From: the human T2T-CHM13v2.0 reference genome, Homo sapiens
Length of the DNA stretch: 64,000 nucleotides
NCBI RefSeq assembly: GCF_009914755.1
Contig: NC_060942.1
Direction: 5' to 3' (one strand)
The notes under the pieces were generated by a model that saw nothing but the letters and a program-made list of their open reading frames with translations, did no database searches and had not been told where the DNA came from. The position numbers and the translations under genes were made by a program. Numbering within the stretch: the first letter of the stretch is position 1; each line of letters opens with the position of its first letter. Of the stretch, positions 42,850 to 59,599 are shown piece by piece.

Positions 42850-45800
42850 TGAGCTTTATTTTTTAGAAGTCCATTTTTCCCTAATTTGTATTTGGAGCGA
42901 TGGTCCTCATATCTCCACAGATGGGGATGGACATGGCCCTTGAAAATTAATTGGTTGTGCCCAAGAGGATGGAAATAGGGTGGATAAGCCACAAGAACCA
43001 TGACCCCAGGGTTTGGTCATGGAGTGATCTGTGACCTACAACCTGCAGATAGTGTCTACGGGGGCTGCTGGAAGTGCCACACCTGTTACCTTCCCCTGTG
43101 GTGGCAGAAGTAAAGAGCTGTTTTATGCCCATGAGAAAGCTGTGTAATGTGGACTGTTTTTATTACTCAGATCAGTATGTGTTTATTGATGTGCATGTGT
43201 CTTGTACTCTAAAGTATCTTCACACTGTAGTTCCATGCAGCTGTCCACTTAAACTGTGTGTGTGGGTGGACACAGGATGACTTTGCTGGAGAGAGGTTAC
43301 TACTGACAAAGCTAGACTCAGGGAAGGAAAGACTAACAAACAAGGATTTCTCCCTTATACAACAAAGCATCTGTTCCTGTCACAGAATGAACACATGGAT
43401 ACATCTGGAGACTACAGAAAAGCACTTTGAAGAAATACAAATCACTTTTCTCATCACCCAAAGGGAACCACTCTTAACACTTTTGTGTCTTGCCAGAATT
43501 TTAACATCTATTCATAATAATATCTGAATACTTTCCCAAGTCATTAAATATTCTTGGAGCACATCATCTTTAATGACAGTTAGGTAATCCAGTCTATGTA
43601 TGTACCATGATCCATGTAACCATTGTTCCCAGGTTCCATGAGGGAAAGTGCTCTTTCTTCTTGAATGTTAAATTTGTCCATGCTTGGTACTTAATACATA
43701 TTCGTAAAATGAATGCATGAATGATTGAACTATTGGAGGTTTAGGTAGTTGCCAATAAGGAAAATACAGATAGTGCTATAATACATACCTGCAGAAAAAT
43801 AAATATTTTTTCTCATATTTGATTACTTCCTTAAGACGAATTCTCAATGTTTAGTTGCTGAGTTGAAGGATAAAGATTTCATCTTGGATAGGAGCAGTTA
43901 CCCTCATTTTAAGCATTGGAGGTAGCTGGAAAGATGGTCTCTAAATCCATCTGGGGCAGGTGAAGAGCCAGGCCAAGTTATGAAGCCCAGCTCCAACCTG
44001 ACTTCTTCCTTTCTTTGTGCAGCTGGTATCACCTCCAAGACTGACACATGAACTCAGAATACCACCAGGTGGGATTCAGAGATGATTGTTAAAACCGTGA
44101 ATAAATTACATGTATGTATCCCATTGTCTCTACCCATTTTGAAGAACAAAACTCATTCTAGGCTTTCCTGGCCATCCCTCAGACACACCCGGGCTGTGCA
44201 CTGAGCACCTTCGGACCCAGGACACTGTGGGTCTCACTTCATCCTGTGGCTGCGTCCCTCCACCAGATGTAAAGCCCCAGTAGCAGGAAGCACATTAACT
44301 TACCTTTCATTTCAGAGTTCCTAGGACAGGGTCTGTTACATAGTAAGCCCCAACAAATATTTTTTTGAATATTTGCAAGAATGTTAAATGGAAAAAGTGC
44401 AACATGTGTTAATATACATGATGATTGCAGCAATAGGAAAGTGTCTGTAGGGTGGAGCCTTAGCCTTCAGATCCCTAAACTGTCGCCATGATTTGTGGAT
44501 GTTATAACTCCTCCCCCACACTGTAGGTGAGTGTGGTAGAACCAACTCTTCAATGTATCAAAAACTTGTTTCTGGCCTCCCTACTGAGTCCCTGCTAGAT
44601 CCTCCAGCAGGAAAGTACAGCTTGCAAGGAAGCCCCATGTTGGCAAGAGAAGGCATGCTGTCCTGGATGGTGTGGGCATGCCTGGGGGCTCTCGTGGGTG
44701 GGGTGGGTATTGGGGTCTTCTCTTATGGAGGGAGACCAGGCCAGACTTAAGGCCTGCAGTTCACGATGGGGAAGTACCAGCTTGTGAGCCAGGTGCTCTC
44801 ACTTGTACTGTTCCTAAGCCTTGTTTTCCGTTCCTGCCCATGCTGAGCCGAGGGGAAGAGCGTTGTGAGCTTGTGTGAGGGGGAGGGTCCCTGAGGCAAG
44901 TGTGGCCACAGTGGCTGCAGCAGCTCTGATTAATGGGAAATTCCAAGAGGAAGGTAGACCTGGGGAGAAAGGAGTGGTGGCTGCAGAGTCCAACTGCCCT
45001 TCTTGCCAAACACGGAGATTCTGCCTTTTGCCAACCGTGGAGGCTCTGCGTAGGAGATTTTATTTCAGGTGATGGTGCTCACCTTGGAGGGATCTGTTAC
45101 TCATTCCCATATCAGATCATAGCTTCAGGCTGCAGGAGGACTCAGGCAGGCTCCTGACCGCAGCTTCTGTGAATCACCAGACACCGGCAGTCCGGGAGCG
45201 GCTAGTGTCTGAGCTGCCAGTGCCCGGAAGTGGGAGAGGTTATCCAGTCTTCCTGCTGCTCCTCCATCCAAGCTCAGCAGCACCATGTGCCTGGGAGCAG
45301 GGAAAGGAGAGCTGTTGGGCAGTCCTGTCCAGAACAATAGTCAAGGATACGAGTGGTTTTTTGTTCCCAGAACTGAGTGCATTTTTGTGGACAGTGATTC
45401 ATTACAGAATACGCCAGTACTAGAACCACAGCATGTCTGTGCAGTTTACTAGGCACTGGGACATAGGTTAGCCTGGCTGATCCTCTCATGACCCTGAAAG
45501 AGGGCAAGTGGGGCATTTGGGCCTCCGTCTCAAAGGTGAGAAAATGAAAATCAGTTGGTTCATGACCAATGCACTGTAATCACCCCTCACAGGGTGAAAA
45601 AATGAACTCAGCACATGGCTTCTGTTGTTCCGCCTGGCTCCCTGTCTCCATCTGTCAGAGATAAACCTGAAGGATGTGTGTTGACACCCAAAGAAGTGTG
45701 CAGAGTGAACACAGTCAGAGAAAAATGTAAGCTGAGTTGACATGACATTAAATGGAACAAGTTGGTGCTTAGTTTTACACAGGCTGGGGAGTAGAGCTTG

Positions 45801-45991
45801 GCTATGTGGTAAGCTTTATTTCTATCAATGCTACTGATCCCAGGAATGTGAAAATGATATCCTTTATTATGATGATGGGCTGGGGAAGTAAGGCATAAAC
45901 ATAATGCAAAGTGAAGTAACAACTGAAGGCAGCATATGACTCATGTCAAAGTGTGACATAGGCCTGTGGGGCTATAGAAATATCAACTTGG

Positions 45992-46598
<607 letters not shown>

Positions 46599-47689
46599 TC
46601 ATGTAATAGAAACATGACAGAAAAGGAAAGGAAGAGGAAAGACAGACAGGAAGAAAATAATTACAGAAAAGATGACAGAAAGAGAATTGGGGCAAAGAAG
46701 AAAGGAGATGGATGGATGGGGAGTCACTGAAAGGCCACCTGTGTAGATAGCATGGGAGGAGGAAGGGAGACAGGGACAAGCCTCAGGATGTGTCTGGGCA
46801 GGGAGGGCGGGGACCCCTGCTGTTCATAGTCCCAGCCACTGCTAATTCCTGGTGAGCTGATTATCAAGTGTTAGCCAGTGAGGGCTTACGATGTGACCCT
46901 TTCTGGGAGCTTTCTCTCCTTCCTCCCTTTCACAGATGTTCTTGGGTGTCTGCTTGATGTCAGATTCTGCTGGTCCACAGAGTAACACAAATAAATGACA
47001 CCAAGGGCTGGCAAAATGGTGCTGGGCTCCATGTCAGACAGACCTGAGCTCCGTGTTTCTAATGAAATCTTCGGACAGTAGCACCTCCCTCATGGGCTGT
47101 TGTGGACAAACACAAGGTCCTCATATTTTTTGTATGTCACAGGAGCATGCGTGGCCTCCAGCCCCAGGTGCCATGTGCAATGGTGAGCCATGTTCCTTTC
47201 CCAGCATTGTAGTCCCTTCCCTGCAGCTGTGCTATGAGATCTCCTCTTACCATCCCACACCTGCACCCCCACCACAGTGTCCCCACTCCCAACGTGGATC
47301 CTCACCTTTGACTGCAAAGACAAAGCAGACCACTCAGATGCAGCCCTGGCCCCTGCCTGCCTCAACCTCCACCTGCACCCACGTGCCCTGCTGTGCCCTC
47401 TTTGCTGATGGGGGGAGGGGGGACAGGTGCGCCCCTTCTTCTGGCAATGCCAGCCCTTTTCCACTGTGTCTTCACCCTCTCCTTCCCTCTGAGATCCTCC
47501 CATTAGCATTTAGGTGGGCTAAAGCCTCTTTTGTCCAGAAAGTCCCTCTTCCCTGGCCCTGGGCCCAGCTGTCCTTCTTCCACCCTTCAACCCTCAAGCC
47601 TCCCAGACCTGTCTAAGCCCCACTGTCTTACCTTCCCCCTGCCCTGTACCCTCCCAGTTCCTGTCACTACTGCAATAAAACTACTCTTG

Positions 47690-48310
47690 CTAAGGTACTT
47701 GTCTTTAAATCTAGTAGACACTTTTCCATTCTTGACTTATAGAATCTCACAGCAGCAATTGCTGTTTCTGATGGTCCCCTTTGAGGAATGCTTGCCGTTC
47801 TGTTTGATGGTGCGGTATTCACCTGCCCTCTCTAGTCCTTCTCAATCCTTCTGCTCCCTCTGGCTGTTTGAATGTTGGCCTTTCTCAGGTTTCTGTCCAA
47901 AGACCACACCTCCTCCTCACAGTCACCCTCTTTGTCCTGGATGGCTTTGAGGGCTTTCTGACGACCCCCTAGAGCTGACCCCTGGCTCAGCTCTCTCTGG
48001 GCTCTGAGGCCAAATACCCAGCTGCCCTTTGAACAGCTCGTCCTGGACGTCCCAACAGGCATTGAACCTGCCCCGCATCTAGATCAGATCTTGTCATCTT
48101 CCCACAGACCCATACTGCCTCAGCGAGGAGCATTGCCAGCCAGTTGCCCAAACCAACTGAGAACCTCTCCCTAGCAGCAATCCCTGCTCTGTCAGAATCA
48201 CGTTCTGTTGATTATCCTGCCTCTTGGAGTCTACCTGCTTCTCCCTCTGGTCCATGTGTCATCCATGGCATATGGAAAGTGCTCAATAAATATTTATTGA
48301 ATGAATGGAA
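47690..48310 (+). mobile_element. L2 fragments with 3' tail
   Basis: Ends GTGCTCAATAAATATTTATTGAATGAATG, the L2 3' end. Confidence 0.65.
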
Positions 48311-48371
48311 AATAAGTTAATGTTTGAGAAAGTGTCAGTCACATGGGGATTGCTCAGAAAATGTGGGTGCC

Positions 48372-48870
48372 TATATTAGTTATCTATGGCTATGAATAAA
48401 TCACCCCAAACGTAGTGGCTTCAAACAATCATATTTATTATCTCTCACAGTTTCCTTGGGCCATGAATTTGAAGGCAGTTCCTTGGGTGGTTCTGGCTCA
48501 GGGTCTGTCATGAGGGTGCAGCTGGATCATGGCCGGCCCTGGTATCATCTCAGATTTCTTCAGTCATATGGCCAGTGCCTGGGCTGGGAAGTGCCAATAG
48601 CTGGGAGCTCCTTGGGTGTCTCTCTTCATATGTCAATGGTCTCTCCCCAGGGTCTCTCTAGTATGGTGTCCTCAGGGTAGGTGGACTTCTTATGTGGCAG
48701 CTCCAGGCTCCAAAGTGAGAGGTCCAGGTGGGTGCTGCTCTCCCTATCTAGCCACATGCTCTGGCTGTACTCTACTTGTTAGAAGTGAATCACCAGGGCT
48801 GGCCCTCATTCAAGGGCAAGGGGGAATTAGATATCATTGTTTTATGGAAGAATTGCCAAAGAATTTGTGA
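48372..48870 (-). mobile_element. MLT1-type LTR
   Basis: TATTAGTTATCTATGGCT...CCCCAAACGTAGTGGCTTCAAACAA...TCTCACAGTTTC...TTCTGGCTCAGGGTCT. Confidence 0.8.
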
Positions 48871-48884
48871 ACTTAAAAAAAACC

Positions 48885-49385
48885 TTCATATTTGGTAAAA
48901 TTCACTTTTATTTTTGGTGCACAGTCCTATGAGTTTTCATATATGCATAAGTTTTTGTGACTGCCACCACTAACAGGACACAGAACAATTCCAGGAACCT
49001 AAAGAATTATCTCGGGCCACCCTTTTGTAGTTGTGCATTCTCAGAGGCCACTGATCTGTTTTCTTTCCCTGTAGTTTTGCTTTTTCCGGAATGCTATATG
49101 AATAGAATCATTTCGTGTGTAGCCTTTTGAGACTGGCTTCTTCACTCTGCACAGTGCCCTTCAGATCCAAGTTGTTGGGTGCTTCAGGAGTTCCTGCCTT
49201 TTGATTGCAGAGCAGTTTCCCCTGGTATGGATATCCCACAGTTTGTTCATCCATTCACTCACTGAAAGACACCTGGGTTGTTTCTGGTTTTTGGTGATTA
49301 TGAATAAAGCTGCTCTAAACATTTGCATAGAGATTTTGTGTGAACCTAAGTTTTCATTTTTCTGTGATAAATACCTAGATTCTTT
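48885..49385 (-). mobile_element. L1MC/ME 3' fragment
   Basis: Minus ORF MFRAALFIITKNQKQPRCLSVSEWMNKLWDIHT, L1 ORF2 C-terminus. Confidence 0.8.
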
Positions 49386-49475
49386 ATTCAGCAGATAATT
49401 ACCTGGCTCTCTCCTTAGCAGGGCAGTCAGGAGGTTTCTTATTTGGCAAGTTATCCTTTGTCCGAATAATTTGTC

Positions 49476-49635
49476 TTTTTTTTTTTTTTGAGACAGAGTT
49501 GCACTCTGTTGCCCAGGCTGGAGTGCGGTGGCATGATCATGGTCACTGCAGCCTCGACCTCCTAGGCTCAAGTGATCCTCCAGCCTCAGTCTCCTGAGTA
49601 GCTGGGGCTACAGGCATGAGCCACTGCACCTGGCC
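49476..49635 (-). mobile_element. Alu monomer (FRAM/FLAM-like)
   Basis: Poly(T) plus single arm. Confidence 0.85.
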
Positions 49636-52307
49636 TGTCAGAAGAATTTGTCATTCGAGTTTCTGAACTTCAGAATGTAAGCACTTTTTAAAACACTGCC
49701 CACAAAAAAGATCATTCATTTAGATATCTTGTTTGTTCTTAATTCTTATGCCTCCCAAAGCCCTGTTATGGATGAATTGTGAGGCAAAGTACTGGCGTCC
49801 CCTGCCTCATGGCCTCATCATCCTGGGCTCTGACGTCACCCTGGCTCAAAACCCTCATTTCACAACTTTACACAGGGACAACGCCTATGACAGAGCTGTG
49901 TGAGAATCACTTCTCAATCCCCATGGGATACAAATCACCAGCCATTTTATCAATTAGCAAAATGGTGTAAACAAGCAAAGCAGCAAGTGGCACTAGAGAA
50001 ATTAGAGTGTGAAAGGTGCACTTTGATCATTGCACACAGAGGTGATGTGAGCAGTAATGGAGGAATGCAGCCGAGTACATGTGGCTTTCTCTGTCACATC
50101 AGAGAATAGAGCTTTAGAGGAGGAGGTGGTAGGAACAATGGGAGGGGAACAGATATTTAAGAAGTTCAGGGGCTAGAGTATTAGATGTTTGGTTTTTGAA
50201 TGAGTTTTATCTTCTCTTTGCTGAGGGCAAGTAAGGGTCCTAAAGTTGCCAAGGCCTCCAGATGGCCCTCCAAGGAGCCCCCTCATCAGGGCATCTTATA
50301 CTTTCAATGCGTGCAGCCTGGGGACCTGCCTCAAATGAAAAACCAGAGTCTATCTTTCAGCTCTGTTTCTATTCTGCCTCCTTGTCTAGGGATCCTGACT
50401 TTCCTTAGAATATTAGAGTACATTAGGTCAAGGCCTAAGTGGGGGAGATCTATGTGGTTCTCCAAGTGCCTTTAAAAATCGAGGATGTTAGCACTTGCAT
50501 TCCTGAGGAACACACAAGGAAGTTAAATGTGCAATCATGCTTGACGTCCGAGGAAGTCTTTCACTGACTCACAGAGCAGAACTCTGTGAGTTCTGATTCT
50601 AAGTCAAGTTCTCTGCAGAGCACTTGGAAATCAGAAAAGAATAAAGCATGGGCCTCGTCTCCAGGAACTGATAGGCCATGATGGTGTCAGGCTGGCCTGG
50701 TCTCAGCCTACTCTCCTAATAGGCATCACTTTATTTCTATGAAAAATGCACTCAGAGTTCCACATAGTCGATTCATATTGAACTTTTGAAAGATACCTGT
50801 GCATAATGTGGGGACTGTGCTTTTGCAGGAAATTGTGACTGGCTTATGTTTAGTGAGTTTCATTAGAAACTAGTTTACATGGAGATGTTTAGGGCATTGA
50901 CCTCAGTCTCTCTTCATTTCCAGGCCTTTCCTGGCCTCAGCCTGCCTCCTTGGCCACCCAAGAGCTCTGGATCCCAGATTTGCTCCCTGTGACCAAAGTC
51001 TTTCCCCTCTGATATGACACCCTCACCCCGAGACTCTTGATTCTCTTATTCCACCCAGTGTACAGAAGTTTTTATCAGGTTCCCTTTTGGATGAAACTGG
51101 GGGGCTCCTGCAGAGGGCATGTGGGGGTTAAGGGGTCCTGGGGGGCTCTGGAACATCTTGAGATTTTGAATATTGCTTGTAACATTAGAGTTTGTGAACA
51201 GTGCTTTGGTGAAAGGCCTGGCCTCACAGCAGCAATGAGGGAGCACTTAGATCAAAGCCCAGAACCTGTGTGCTCACATGCCCACCATGTGAATTCCTCT
51301 GGCAGCCTGCCTTGCACCAGGCTGGGGGAGAGGACCCCAGATCTGCGATGTCCTAGTGAACCCCAGCAGTGCCGAGTACTCAAGCAGACACCCCATTATG
51401 TCTGCTCACAGACCCGACTTTTGAAAATGTAATTTTGGTTACCTGATTGGTGTCTGTGACTCCTGCTTGGTGCGCCCTCATGAGTGCTGTGATTTGCTAG
51501 GCCCTGAAGTGGCAGCTCTCTGCCCGCTGCTGCCACTGCACGCACCGTTCTGTGGCTGAGACAGCCATGAGTAAGAGCAGAGCTAATCCTCGGGGAGTGG
51601 GAGGGGAGAAGGAGGGGTGGCCCCGGGCCTGAGATTTCTTTGTGTCTCAGGTCTCTGGTATCTTTAAGCCTCTTTTCTTCCCCCACTTTCTCGGAGAGCC
51701 ATTGCTCTCATTAAAAAAAAAAAAAAGTTCCTTGACCCACCTGGTCCCTAAAGCAGAACGTACCAGCTCCATTAAATTAACATATGTAGTTCTGCAAAGT
51801 CTAAACAGTTTAAATTTCATTATTCTAGGCAGTATTTGTCAGGTTGCCAAAGCAGGGGAAATCTGTGAGGGGACAAGGAGAAGTTTAGCCCCATGCATGC
51901 CCAGGATGGTACTTTGCTTCTGCCTCCTGGGGTGTGTAGGGGAGAAAACTGGAGCTCCTCTAGAGGGTCTACCACATTTCACCAGCATTTGTTCACCAGC
52001 AAAAAGGGCATTGCCCAAATTCTACTGCATGAGTCACTGGGGTTTAAAATCCTTCAGATGGATAGCGAGGTCACCTCTTGTCCTTTTGAGCTGTCTATAT
52101 ATATTCCAAAATATATCTTGGTCATTTTGATTGGTCATTATTGATTGAAGGGCCTTTGGTGTTATTAATGTTTTAGTAGTTTCCGATCAGTTTATTTAGG
52201 GCTCAGAGTAATCTGTAACTTGAGGATGGACCCGATAAGGCAAACTGTAAGAGCCCACCCCAGCGCCTGCTGTTCTGCAGCTCTGTTCCTTTTAGGGGTG
52301 GGCTTCA

Positions 52308-54764
52308 TTTTTTTTTTCTTTATATTATACTTTAAGTTCTGGGGTACATGTGCACAATGTGCAGGTTTGTTACATAGGTATACATGTGCCATGTTGGTTT
52401 GCTGCACCCATCAACTCATCATTTACATTAGGTATTTCTCCTAATGCTATCCCTCCCACAGCCCCCCCACCCCCTGACAGGCCCCAGTGTGTGATGTTCC
52501 CCTCCCTGTGTCCATGTGTACTCATTGTTCAGCTCCCACTTATGAGTGAGAACATGCAGTGTTTGGTTTTCTGTCCTTGTGATAGTTTGCTGAGAATGAT
52601 GGTTTCCAGCTTCATCCATGTCCCTGCAAAGGACATGAACTCATCCTTTTTTATGGCTGCATAGTATTCCATTGTGTATATGTGCCACATTTTCTTTATC
52701 TAGTCTATTATTGATGGACATTTGGGTTGGTTCCAAGTCTTTGCTATTGTGAATAGTGCCACAATAAACATACATGTGCATGTGTCTTTATAGTAGCATG
52801 ATTTATAATCCTTTGGGTATATACCCAGTAATGGGATCACTGGGTCAAATGGTATTTCTGGTTCTAGATCCTTGAGGAATTGCCACACTGTCTTCCACAA
52901 TGGTTGAACTAATTTACACTCCCACCAACAGAGTAAAAGTGTTCCTATTTCTCCACATCCTCTCTAGCATCTGTTGTTTCCTGACTTTTTAATGATTGCC
53001 ATTCTAACCGGCATGAGTTATGATTTGCATTGTGGTTTTGATTTGCATTTTTCTAATGACCAGTGATGATGAGCATTTTTTCATATGTCTGTTGGCTGCA
53101 TAAATGTCTTCTTCTGAGAATTATCTGTTCATATCCTTTGCCCACTTTTTGATGGGGTTGTTTGTTTTTTTCTTGTAAATTTTGTTTAAGTTCTTTGTAG
53201 ATTCTGGATATTAGCCCTTTGTCAGATGGATAGATTGCAAAAATTTTCTCCCATTCTGTAGGTTGCCTGTGCACTTTGCTGATAGTTTCTTTTGCTGTGC
53301 AGAAGCTCTTTAGTTTAATTAGATCCCATTTGTGAATTTTGGCTTTTGTTGCCATTGCTTTTGATGTTTTAGTCATGAAGTCTTTGCCCATACCTATATC
53401 CTGAATGGTATTGCCTAGGTTTTCTTCTAGGATTTTTATGGTTTTAGGCCTCACATTTAAGTCTTTAATCCATCTTGAGTTAATTTTTGTATAAGGTATA
53501 AGGAAGGGATCCAGTTTCAGCTTTCTACATATGGCTAGCCAGTTTTCCCAGCACCATTTATTAAATAGAGAATCCTTTCCCCATTTCTTGTTTTTGTCAG
53601 GTTTGTCAAAGATCAGATTCTAGATGTGTGGTGTTATTTCTGAGGCCTCTGTTCTGTTCCATTGGTCTATGTATCTGTTTTGTTACCAGTACCATGCTGT
53701 TTTGGTTACTATAGCCTTGTAGTATAGTTTGAAGTCAGGTAGCGTGATGCCTCCAGCTTTGTTCTTTTTGCTTAGGATTGTCTTGGCTAGGCAGGCTCTT
53801 TTTTTGGTTCCATATGAAATTTAAAGTAGTTTTTTCCCAATTCTGTGAAGAAAGTCCTTGGTAGCTTGATGGGGATGGCACTGAATCTATAAATTACTTT
53901 GGGCAGTACAACCATTTTCAGGATATTGATTCTTCCTATACATGAGCATGGAATGTTCTTCCATTTGTTTGTGTACTCTTTTATTTCATTGAGCAGTGGT
54001 TTGTACTCCTCCTTGAAGAGGTCCTTCACATCCCTTGTAAGTTGGATTCCTAGGTATTGTATTCTCTTTGTAGTAATTGTGAATGGGAGTTCACACATGA
54101 TTTGGCTCTCTGTTTGTCTATTGTTGGTGTATAGGAATGCTTGTGAATTTTGCACATTGATTTTGTATCCTGAGACTTTGCTGAAGTTGTTTATCAGCTT
54201 AAGGAGATTTTGGGCTGAGATGATGGGATTTTCTAAATATACAATCATGTCATCTGCAGAGACAGTTTGACTTCCTCTTTTCCTAATTGAAATTCCTTTC
54301 TTTCTTTCTCTTGCCTGATTGCCCTGGCCAGAACTTCCAATACTATGTTGAATAGGAGTGGTGAGAGAGGGCATCCTTGTCTTGTGCCAGTTTTCAAAGG
54401 GAATGCTTCCAGTTTTTGCCCATTCAGGATGATATTGGCTGTGGGTTTGTCATAAATATCCCTTGTTATTTTGAGATACATTCCATTAATACCTAGTTTA
54501 CTGGGAGTTTTTAGCAGGAAGGGCTGTTGAATTTTGTCGAAGGCCTTTTCTGTATCTATTGAGATAATCCTGTGGTTTTTGTTGTTGGTTCTGTTTATGT
54601 GATGGATTACATTTATTGATTTGTGTATGTTGAACCAGCCTTGCATTCCAGGGATGAAACTGACTTGATCATGGCAGATAAGCTTTTTGATTTGCTGCTG
54701 GATTCGGTTTGCCAGTATTTTATTGAGGATTTTTGCATCGATGTTCATCAGTGATATTGGCCTA

Positions 54765-54769
<5 letters not shown>
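52308..54769 (-). mobile_element. L1PA (about PA5-6) 3' half: RT, C-terminus, 3' UTR, poly(A)
   Basis: ORFs [15 protein letters not shown]..., [12 protein letters not shown] (RT motif), WKTVWQFLKDLE; L1PA 3' UTR and tail; frameshifted. Confidence 0.96.
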
Positions 54770-56256
<1,487 letters not shown>

Positions 56257-59200
56257 GGGCTTCACTTTTTAAGACTGGGTTCCTGGTATATCTTTCTGGA
56301 ATCAATACCTGTCAAGAAGCAGTGTGATACCCTCAAAGTGCATTGCACCTGAACCTGAGTAATTACCTGTAGTGTTTATTTTTTTGTTCACTCAACACAT
56401 TTTCATTGAGCACCTGCTAAGCACTGGATTCTTTTAAGCATTGGAGAAATAACACTGAAGAAAACAGGCAGAAATCCTGAACTTCAGGGAGCTTAGGTTG
56501 AAGTGGGAGAGATGATAAATAAAATGAATTGGCAAGGTATGTGCTGTGTTGGGAGGTAACCAGTGCCATCTCCCTCGGCCTCAGTTTCCTCATCTGCAAA
56601 ATGAGAAAATGGGGCCACACCTCCAGTGTTCCTTCCTTCCACCTCTTCTCGAGATTTCCTGTGATTTTTTTTTTTTTTTGCATCACTTCATAAGGAAATC
56701 CAGTAGTCTTTCTTACCTGCAGATATTCTTAATGAGAACACAGAAATGTTTCCAACAGTGTGGTTCTGCATCGTTCTTCTGGTGACAGTGATTGTGTCTG
56801 CCCAGGTGCATGGTGGGATGTGGTGTCATCCATAGTCTATCTAGGTTGAGGCCAGGGCCCATCTGTGCTCTTGTGGGCTTGCTGAGCCCAGTGCTCCCAT
56901 GTGTGGGCTATAGGAAGGTGGTCAGGTAAATAATGAGATGGGGGTCCCCTCTCTGTAATGTGTATGGGGGTTGACAGGAATGGGGAGATGGGAGGGACCC
57001 ATTTCTTCTCAGGACACAGCTCAGCTTGCATGACTTCTGGATAATGGGGCTTATAAAGTGATTTCTGTTTTTTCTCTCCTGGCTTGGAGCTTTCTGCAAA
57101 TGGGACTGCTGCTGATCTTCGGTAATATGTATTGTGCTTTTGGAGTATATAGAGTGTTGCTTTCTCCTGGGTTTAAATCAACTAATGAGTACCCACCAAA
57201 TGCCAGTCACTGGGTGAAGTGCAGGGAATGTGAGGGAGAGGGAGTGGCAGACACTCCTTTGGGGGACTTGCAGGTGGCTGGTTGGGGGACTGCCCAGTGC
57301 TTGGGAGCGGTGACCAGGGCTGTGAGCCCTCCGTGCGTGGTGCTATTTGTAACAGCTGGAGAAACAAGTGGTGAATATGCAGGGGGGGCACTTCCCATCT
57401 ACAGAGGAGAGGACTTGCTTTTCTGTTTCCTGCATTCACTCTGCCGAGTCCTGTGAGTCATGAGGAGGGCGTGGGGCTGCAGGCGATGCCCTGTGTTCTC
57501 AGATGCCTCCTTTGTTGGAATGCCGAGAGACAGGGAAGCCTTGCTGTCCTATGACAATGGCCAGAGGCAGGGCCACCTGGCTGTAGGACACTATCTCTTG
57601 GTGGGTTTGGAGTATGAATTTGTGTGGTTGGTAGCTGGGATGGAGTGTGAGCGTGACTCCTCTCACCACCCTCTCTGGCTGAGGAACAGCAAGGCCACTG
57701 AGGTGGAGGGTGGGTTGGAAGGGTGGCGTCTTCTGTGATGGTGGGAGAAATTGGAGTAGAGGGATGACTGTGAGCAGTTGCCAGGTCTTGAGGTCAGGTG
57801 TGAGGAGGAATGGCAGAGCTGGATGGCACAGCCCTAGAAAGTGGAAGAGCAGCAGGAGGCCTGGAGGTGGGCCTTTTGGCCCTTTGGTGCACTGAGCCAG
57901 GAGAACAGGCCAGAGAACAGTCACCTCCTCTCGAGAGGGTTATGGGGGAGGAACATTCTTGGGGATCTCCAGAAGGGCAGTAAGTTGTCTGTTTTCTTTT
58001 CTGCTGAATCTCAGGTAAGGCCCCTTCTGTTGTGGGGATGGGTGAAGGGGTAAGGCAGGAGCAGGTACACCAGTAGGGAGCTGGGGCAATCCTGGAGCCT
58101 GTGGACCCAAAAGAAAGAGCAGGTTTGGGGGCCGGGGTTGGCAGGTTCCATGGGGGATTGGTGGGCACAGTGGGTTGGAGCTGCAAGATCCAGCCAGTCA
58201 TTCCTTCTGGTGCTGCTCATCACCTGTACCTGGAACCTTGTGCCCCTTCATAAAGCATGAAGCATTCTTAGCTGCTAGTGACCTGGTGGTGTCCTTTCTG
58301 TCCAGTCTTGTCCCTACCTGCTGTCCACCTTAGCTCCTTGCATTCCTGGCTGCTTTGTGCTTGCTGGCTTTGTCATCCCTCTACCTTCTCCTCCCCATTT
58401 CCCTGATAGGGTCATCCTCGTCTTAACAGATCTGGCATTAATTCACTCACTCATTCATTCCACTGACACTTACTGCTGTCTGTTGAGTGCCAGGAGTGGC
58501 TGCTGGGCACTGCCACCTGCCAACCCTCAGGCTGGAGGGTAACCCTCATGGGTGCCCTTTTGGCTGCCTGTTTTATGCAGCATAACAGCTCAAAAATGGC
58601 CTTTGAATCCCACAGACACGCTTGCAATCTCCCTGAGCTTCAGTTTCTGCATCTGTAAGGTGGGGATGATCATGCCTGCCTGAGAGGGTGGCTGCGAGCC
58701 TGACATGCTTCGACTCAGGAAATGTCTAGCCCAGGGCTTGGCCCACTCAGAAAGGGGGCACCCGGCTGCCTCTGCTCCTCCTCTGTGTGTTATGTCAGGG
58801 CTGGGAGTCTCTGACAGGGGAAGTTGGGAACTCAAAGGCCAGCAACGGGGAATGCCTCCACGTAACACCAGGGCAAAGAAGACACTTGTTTTTTTGTTTT
58901 TTGTTTTTGAGACTGCACTAGATGGGAATATCCATAAGGCAAGAGTGCAGATCTTGAGGAGAGGCTTCAAATAGCATCTTTTACTCACCAAATGCAGCAC
59001 ATTTTCTGGAATGCTGTGGCCTTTGCTAGTTTGGGGGTCATAGCCCCAGGCACATCAGGCATCAGGATGCCTTTACCCACCCCTTCCCATATTCCCAGGG
59101 TTTCCTTGTGGTTGGGTGATGTGAAGCACTTGATCCCAGGGACAGAGGACTTCTCACCAGATTACCTTTCAGTTCTTAGCTCAGCTCAACACTGTTCTCT

Positions 59201-59599
59201 CCAGAGCACAAACTGCCAAGGCCACAGAAGGTGGGGAGTTAAGAGCAGGAAGTAAAGCACTCCTGTCACCAAGACTGCTCTCCCTGTTGCCACACACCTA
59301 ATCTCACCTCTTCTCCCCAGGCTTCACTAAATCCTACCTGTTTCTCAAGACCATCCTCGACTACTTCAGTTTGATGCCCATAGGGGCACAGAGCCCCCAT
59401 CAGCTTTATGCTATAAAGTACTAGCTTATGGTAGACCAATCCTACTTCTGAAAACAACTAGAAGAAGCTGAGTAGACTCTAAATAGTATGTAAGAAGACA
59501 TTTAAACAGCTAGCCAGAACTTGTAGGGTCAAGACCCTAAAAAAAGGGAAAATTATTTGAAGTGAGCCCAGCATTCTCTGTTGATTTTCCCTGTGAGGA

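Noticed and set aside
47053-47616. 187-aa intronic ORF
   Set aside because: Pro/Cys/Ser-rich, no recognisable domain, non-ATG start; consistent with chance.
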